NCBI RefSeq assembly: GCF_009914755.1
Contig: NC_060943.1
Direction: 5' to 3' (one strand)
DNA length: 64,000 nucleotides
DNA from: the human T2T-CHM13v2.0 reference genome, Homo sapiens
Shown here: positions 60,092-64,000 of the stretch, in pieces
Numbering within the stretch: the first letter of the stretch is position 1
How the letters are laid out: every line of letters begins with the position of its first letter
Made by a program: the position numbers and the translations under genes
The notes under the pieces: model-generated
Told to the model about the DNA's origin: nothing
The model's input: the letters and a program-made list of their open reading frames with translations, nothing else
Databases searched by the model: none

Positions 60092-60268
60092 TCAAAGTCA
60101 TGAGCCACTTATGTTATTTTATAAAGTCAAATATTTTTCTTGTCTCATGTCTTAGTGTATCAATAGAAGAAGGGAAATTCAGTCTTTATTTCTTTCACAT
60201 CCTAATACTAGAACTCTTACCTTTTCTCATGAACCATCCTTTACTGTGATGCATATAGTTATCAAGTA

Positions 60269-60392
60269 CCCATTTATGGCTAGTGTTCCATTATTGGAAT
60301 GCTAAGCATGTGGGAGTTATATCCTACTGTTCAAGTCATTGCCAAGGTCTGATTGCAGAAATTCAAAAAATTGCAACCTCAGGCATAAATGG
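60269..60392. mobile_element. MER85 (non-autonomous piggyBac/PGBD3 MITE)
   Basis: TIRs CCCATTTATGGCT ... AGGCATAAATGG; internal palindrome GTTCCATTATTGGAAT; ttgcagaaattcaaaaaattgcaacctc; matches the MER85 consensus as recalled. Confidence 0.88.
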
Positions 60393-60954
60393 TAAGGAAT
60401 AGTTGCTCATTTTATTATCTTTCATGGTCTGGAAGGATGTGTGCTTAATGACTTGAGTTCAGTTCTTCTGGGCTTAGTTTCTTGCCCAGTAATTGGCTGA
60501 TTATCTCTACACTGGCTCTTATGTCCTAGGATGAGAACCACAAGAGAGAGGACATGAGGGTAAATACAATGGGGAAAAAGAAAACAAACAGTGGCAGCAG
60601 AGAATGAAGATGAGGAGGAAAGAAAAAATGAGAAATAGGAAGAGAATGAGTTTGTTATGCTCGTCTGGCAAACGTGTAATCTGAATAAATGATAGAGAAT
60701 AGTGTTTATAAGAGAATGCTCTTCAGAGGCAAATAGACTGTTTAAATGCCGTTAGATCTGAGTGTCCTTGATACATTCTTAGCCTGAAAACTAGAGGAAC
60801 ATGGGCTGGCAAACCAACACTGACATAAATAAATGGCAAGGAATATTAAAAAAGAAAACAAGTTTTGAGAGCTACGGGAACATATAACTTTAGGATATTA
60901 ATTATTTCAGAAAAGGCTTTTATGAAGTAGTGAATTTTTTTCATTCTTTCTTGA

Positions 60955-61370
60955 ATAGTTTTATTTTTAAATAAGTTTGGATTACCAAAGAGCTGCAGAG
61001 ATGGTACAGAGTTTCTATATACACATTCCCCAGCTTTCCTTAATGCTACCATCATATAGAACCATGGTACCTTAGTCAACCTAAAACCTTCACATTGGTA
61101 CAATACTCTCAGAGAAACTGCAGACTATTCAGATTTCCACTGTTTTTCCAAGTATTATCTTTTTTAGTTCCAGGTTCTAGTCACAAATCTCACATTTCTT
61201 TAAGCCATCATGTCCCTTAGTCTACTTGGGTCTGCAATGATTCCTCAGTCTTTATCTTTTATGACCTTGTCACTCATCAGGATTTTTATCAAATGTCCCT
61301 CAGTTTGAGTTTGTGTGACTTTTGTGTGTGTGTGATTAGTCTGAGGGTATGAATTTTTAGGGAGATTATA
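60955..61370 (-). mobile_element. L1M 3'-end fragment
   Basis: ctgcagagatggtacagagtttctatatacac...ctgcagactattcagatttc. Confidence 0.55.
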
Positions 61371-63515
61371 TGCTAGATAATTTTAAGCTGTTTTGTAAAG
61401 AATTAGTCAAATCAATGCAAGGACACCATAAATTTTTCTAGCAGAAGAAACAGCAACAGCATAGATGGTGAGTGGGAAATGATTATGGTGTATTTTACCT
61501 CTTTTAATCCAACTTAAATCTCTAAGATAGAGCTATCTTTCAACCAAAATGACCAGCTTTCCTAATTTTGTATATCACCCATGTAAATGGACTAGAACAG
61601 AAATGATAGATTCCCCAGTTTTCCCTCTTTTATTTTCTTCTCTACCCCATAAATGGTTATTAACTGACTCTTTGTGAGATTTGCAAAACAGTTCTTTAGA
61701 GTGGGATTGTCCCAACCACTCTGAGCAAGGGACAAGAAAACCAAGAGAGGCTAGAACAGTAGGTTTCACAATAGACGAAAACTGCCACCTGAGTTCAGAC
61801 ACAGAGATATACTCCTCTCTTCTCATCCTGTAAAACTCAAACCTTGGTTCCCCTTGAGGAGAGCCCGGCCTTTAGCTGCCCCAATGCACATTGACTGAAC
61901 TTTAAGCTCTATTTCAGCCACTTTTGATGGCACCCATCCCTTTCTGTGCATGTCTTTGAATATTGACGTGCTCCATCCTTGCTGGAATCCAATTTCCTGT
62001 CAATCTTGGAATATATAAATACTTCTTGCTCCATTTTTGAAGCCCCCTCAAAGCCCCATCTTCCTTCCCACCCATTCCTGACACTGCCTCTGGGTTTCTA
62101 GAATTCATCAAAATTTTCCCTAGAATTGTTGATAGCCCTCAGCATGTATATGTTAAGCTCTTCCTCAATACATGCATGAAATGTTGCCAGAGGAAATAAG
62201 AAAATTGAATAAATAACATTTGCCACCTAACTGGAACAATGAAGAAAAGGCAGACAGCGACCATCCTTGATCTTCTCACTGGGATAACCTTTGAATGGGA
62301 CAGTGGAATAGAACCATTAATGGAGGGAAGATAGCTGTGAAATGGTGTGAAAGAGAGTGAATTTTGGGGAAAGATGGTTACCTGATGCAGTTCCTCACAT
62401 GCTACTATCAGGACATTCTTTTTTCCTCTCATTTGTAGCCAGCCATGAGTGTGGTCATACCATGAGTCATGAGTCACTGTGAGAAAGATGAGGAAAAGAG
62501 GTGATGGGTTTGATTGTCTGCACAGTTGCAGCCCACTGTATGCATGCCATAAGTAGTTAAGGAGCACATGGGTGAAGTGAATGGAAATCCTTTTCCCTTT
62601 TTTCTCATTTGCAAGAGAAATAGAATTCTGCCCTTACTGCCTAGATACAAGGCAGCAGGTGCTGTGTGAGATCGAGTATTGAAGATAAGTTTCACCTCTA
62701 CCTGTGAAGTGGATTTTCAATTATGAAGAAAATTCAGTTAGCAAATATAGGAGCTAAACTTCATTGTTCTTTTTTTTTTGAAGTCAATGACTTTGTTGTT
62801 TCTATCATGAATTTAGTTGCTTTCTCTTATGCCAGAAAATGATGTAATTAATGGCTGCTAACACATGTTTTTTGCTTATCTTCTACCCACCAAGAAGGTT
62901 TTTCCTCACATTTGCACTGTATTCAGATGACTGTGGCTGGAGGGGTCATGTCTCAAGGGATCCTGTTACTTGGATATTGTTGACATATAGTGTGGGGCAT
63001 CTGACACATGCACACCAGCATCTCCCCTTGATATTTTTAGTCTTCATATCAAGAGTAAACTTGCTGTTTCTCTCTGTAAATCTGGACAGTAAAATAGAAG
63101 AACTAATATTCAGGAATGGTCAGCTTGCTTTCGGGTCATACGTAATAGAAACCTATGCTGAAACATAAAAAGTGAAACATTCAAGCAGAAAAGTGCAGAG
63201 ATTGAGGGAATTCTGTTTGATTCCACTGCTCCAGCTCATTCTAAGGAGGTCGAGTTGAATTCTTATGTAGGATTCATTGAAAAAGCATAGTGTTTTCATA
63301 ATTGCCCTTTTGCTCAAATTATTTACATTTAATATTTCTTGCAACTAAAGGTTTGGCATAATTCAGTAAAAGCTATGGCTGTGGACATGATGGTGCTGAA
63401 GTGCAAATAATGAAGTGATCTGCTCAATTCCATGTAGATCATATACCCCAAGAACTTCAAATACCAAAGTGGATGCTTTTAAAAATCTTACAATAAAGAT
63501 GCCAAGTATTTTTAC

Positions 63516-63827
63516 ATTTTTTTTTAATTTTTATTTTTTGAGACAGAACCGTGCTCTGTCATCCAGGCTGGAGTGCAGTGGCATGATCTTGGCTCATTGC
63601 AACCTCACTGCCTCTCAGGTTCAAGCTCTTCTCCTGCCTCAGCCTCCCAAGTAGCTGGGATTACATGTGCCCACCACCATGCACGGCTAATTTTTTTGTA
63701 TTTTTAGTAAAGACGGGGTTTCACCATGTTAGCCAGGCTGGTCTTTAACTCCTGACCTCAAGTGATCCGCCTGCCTTAGCCTCCCAAATTGCTAGGATTA
63801 CAGGTGTGAGCCACTGCACCCAGCCAG
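63516..63827 (-). mobile_element. AluS
   Basis: Reverse Alu dimer; TSD AGATGC(C/T)AAGTATTTT. Confidence 0.9.
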
Positions 63828-64000
63828 AGATGCTAAGTATTTTTGTAACATGGAGCAGCTCTGAACACTTTGGTCAATAAGAAAATTGAGGCTCGTAGAA
63901 GTTAAACCATTCTTCTGCTGAAAATAGCTAGTAAAAGGTTGAATAATCGCTGTTTGAATGCCGACATTGGGACCTCTGAGAGGAGAGCATTTATGCAGGA

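Noticed and set aside
61500-63480. Possible decayed ZNF or retroviral coding remnants
   Set aside because: Partial manual translation gave no convincing motif; needs BLASTx/Dfam.

Overview
Human (or very close great-ape) genomic DNA. I recognise it as the 19q13.43 KRAB zinc-finger cluster. The only protein-coding gene I can support is ZNF667 (MIPU1) on the minus strand. Its four coding exons (36806-36774, 35251-35125, 32683-32591, 17175-15596) have canonical GT/AG ends and join to 1833 nt, giving 610 aa (KRAB-A/B, 14 intact and 3 degenerate C2H2 fingers). A CpG-island bidirectional promoter (~51220-52930; ZNF143/THAP11 and NRF1 motifs) also drives the divergent lncRNA ZNF667-AS1 (MORT). Most of the rest is transposon-derived: about 20 Alus, a near full-length L1MA with its TSD, MaLR/ERV LTRs, DNA-transposon MITEs and L2/MIR. 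The most notable observations are: (1) a 19-copy 83/84-bp VNTR grown inside an MST LTR, multiplying its DUX/CCAAT-like site; (2) a MER85 (PGBD3 MITE) whose decayed end forms a splice donor in the ZNF667-AS1 intron; (3) a three-level LTR nest with all TSDs intact; (4) a candidate KRAB-only terminal exon; (5) a UG-repeat-flanked alternative acceptor that would add an in-frame upstream ATG. I found no evidence for a wholly new multi-gene system. Repeat subfamily names are from recalled consensus sequences and need RepeatMasker/Dfam confirmation.
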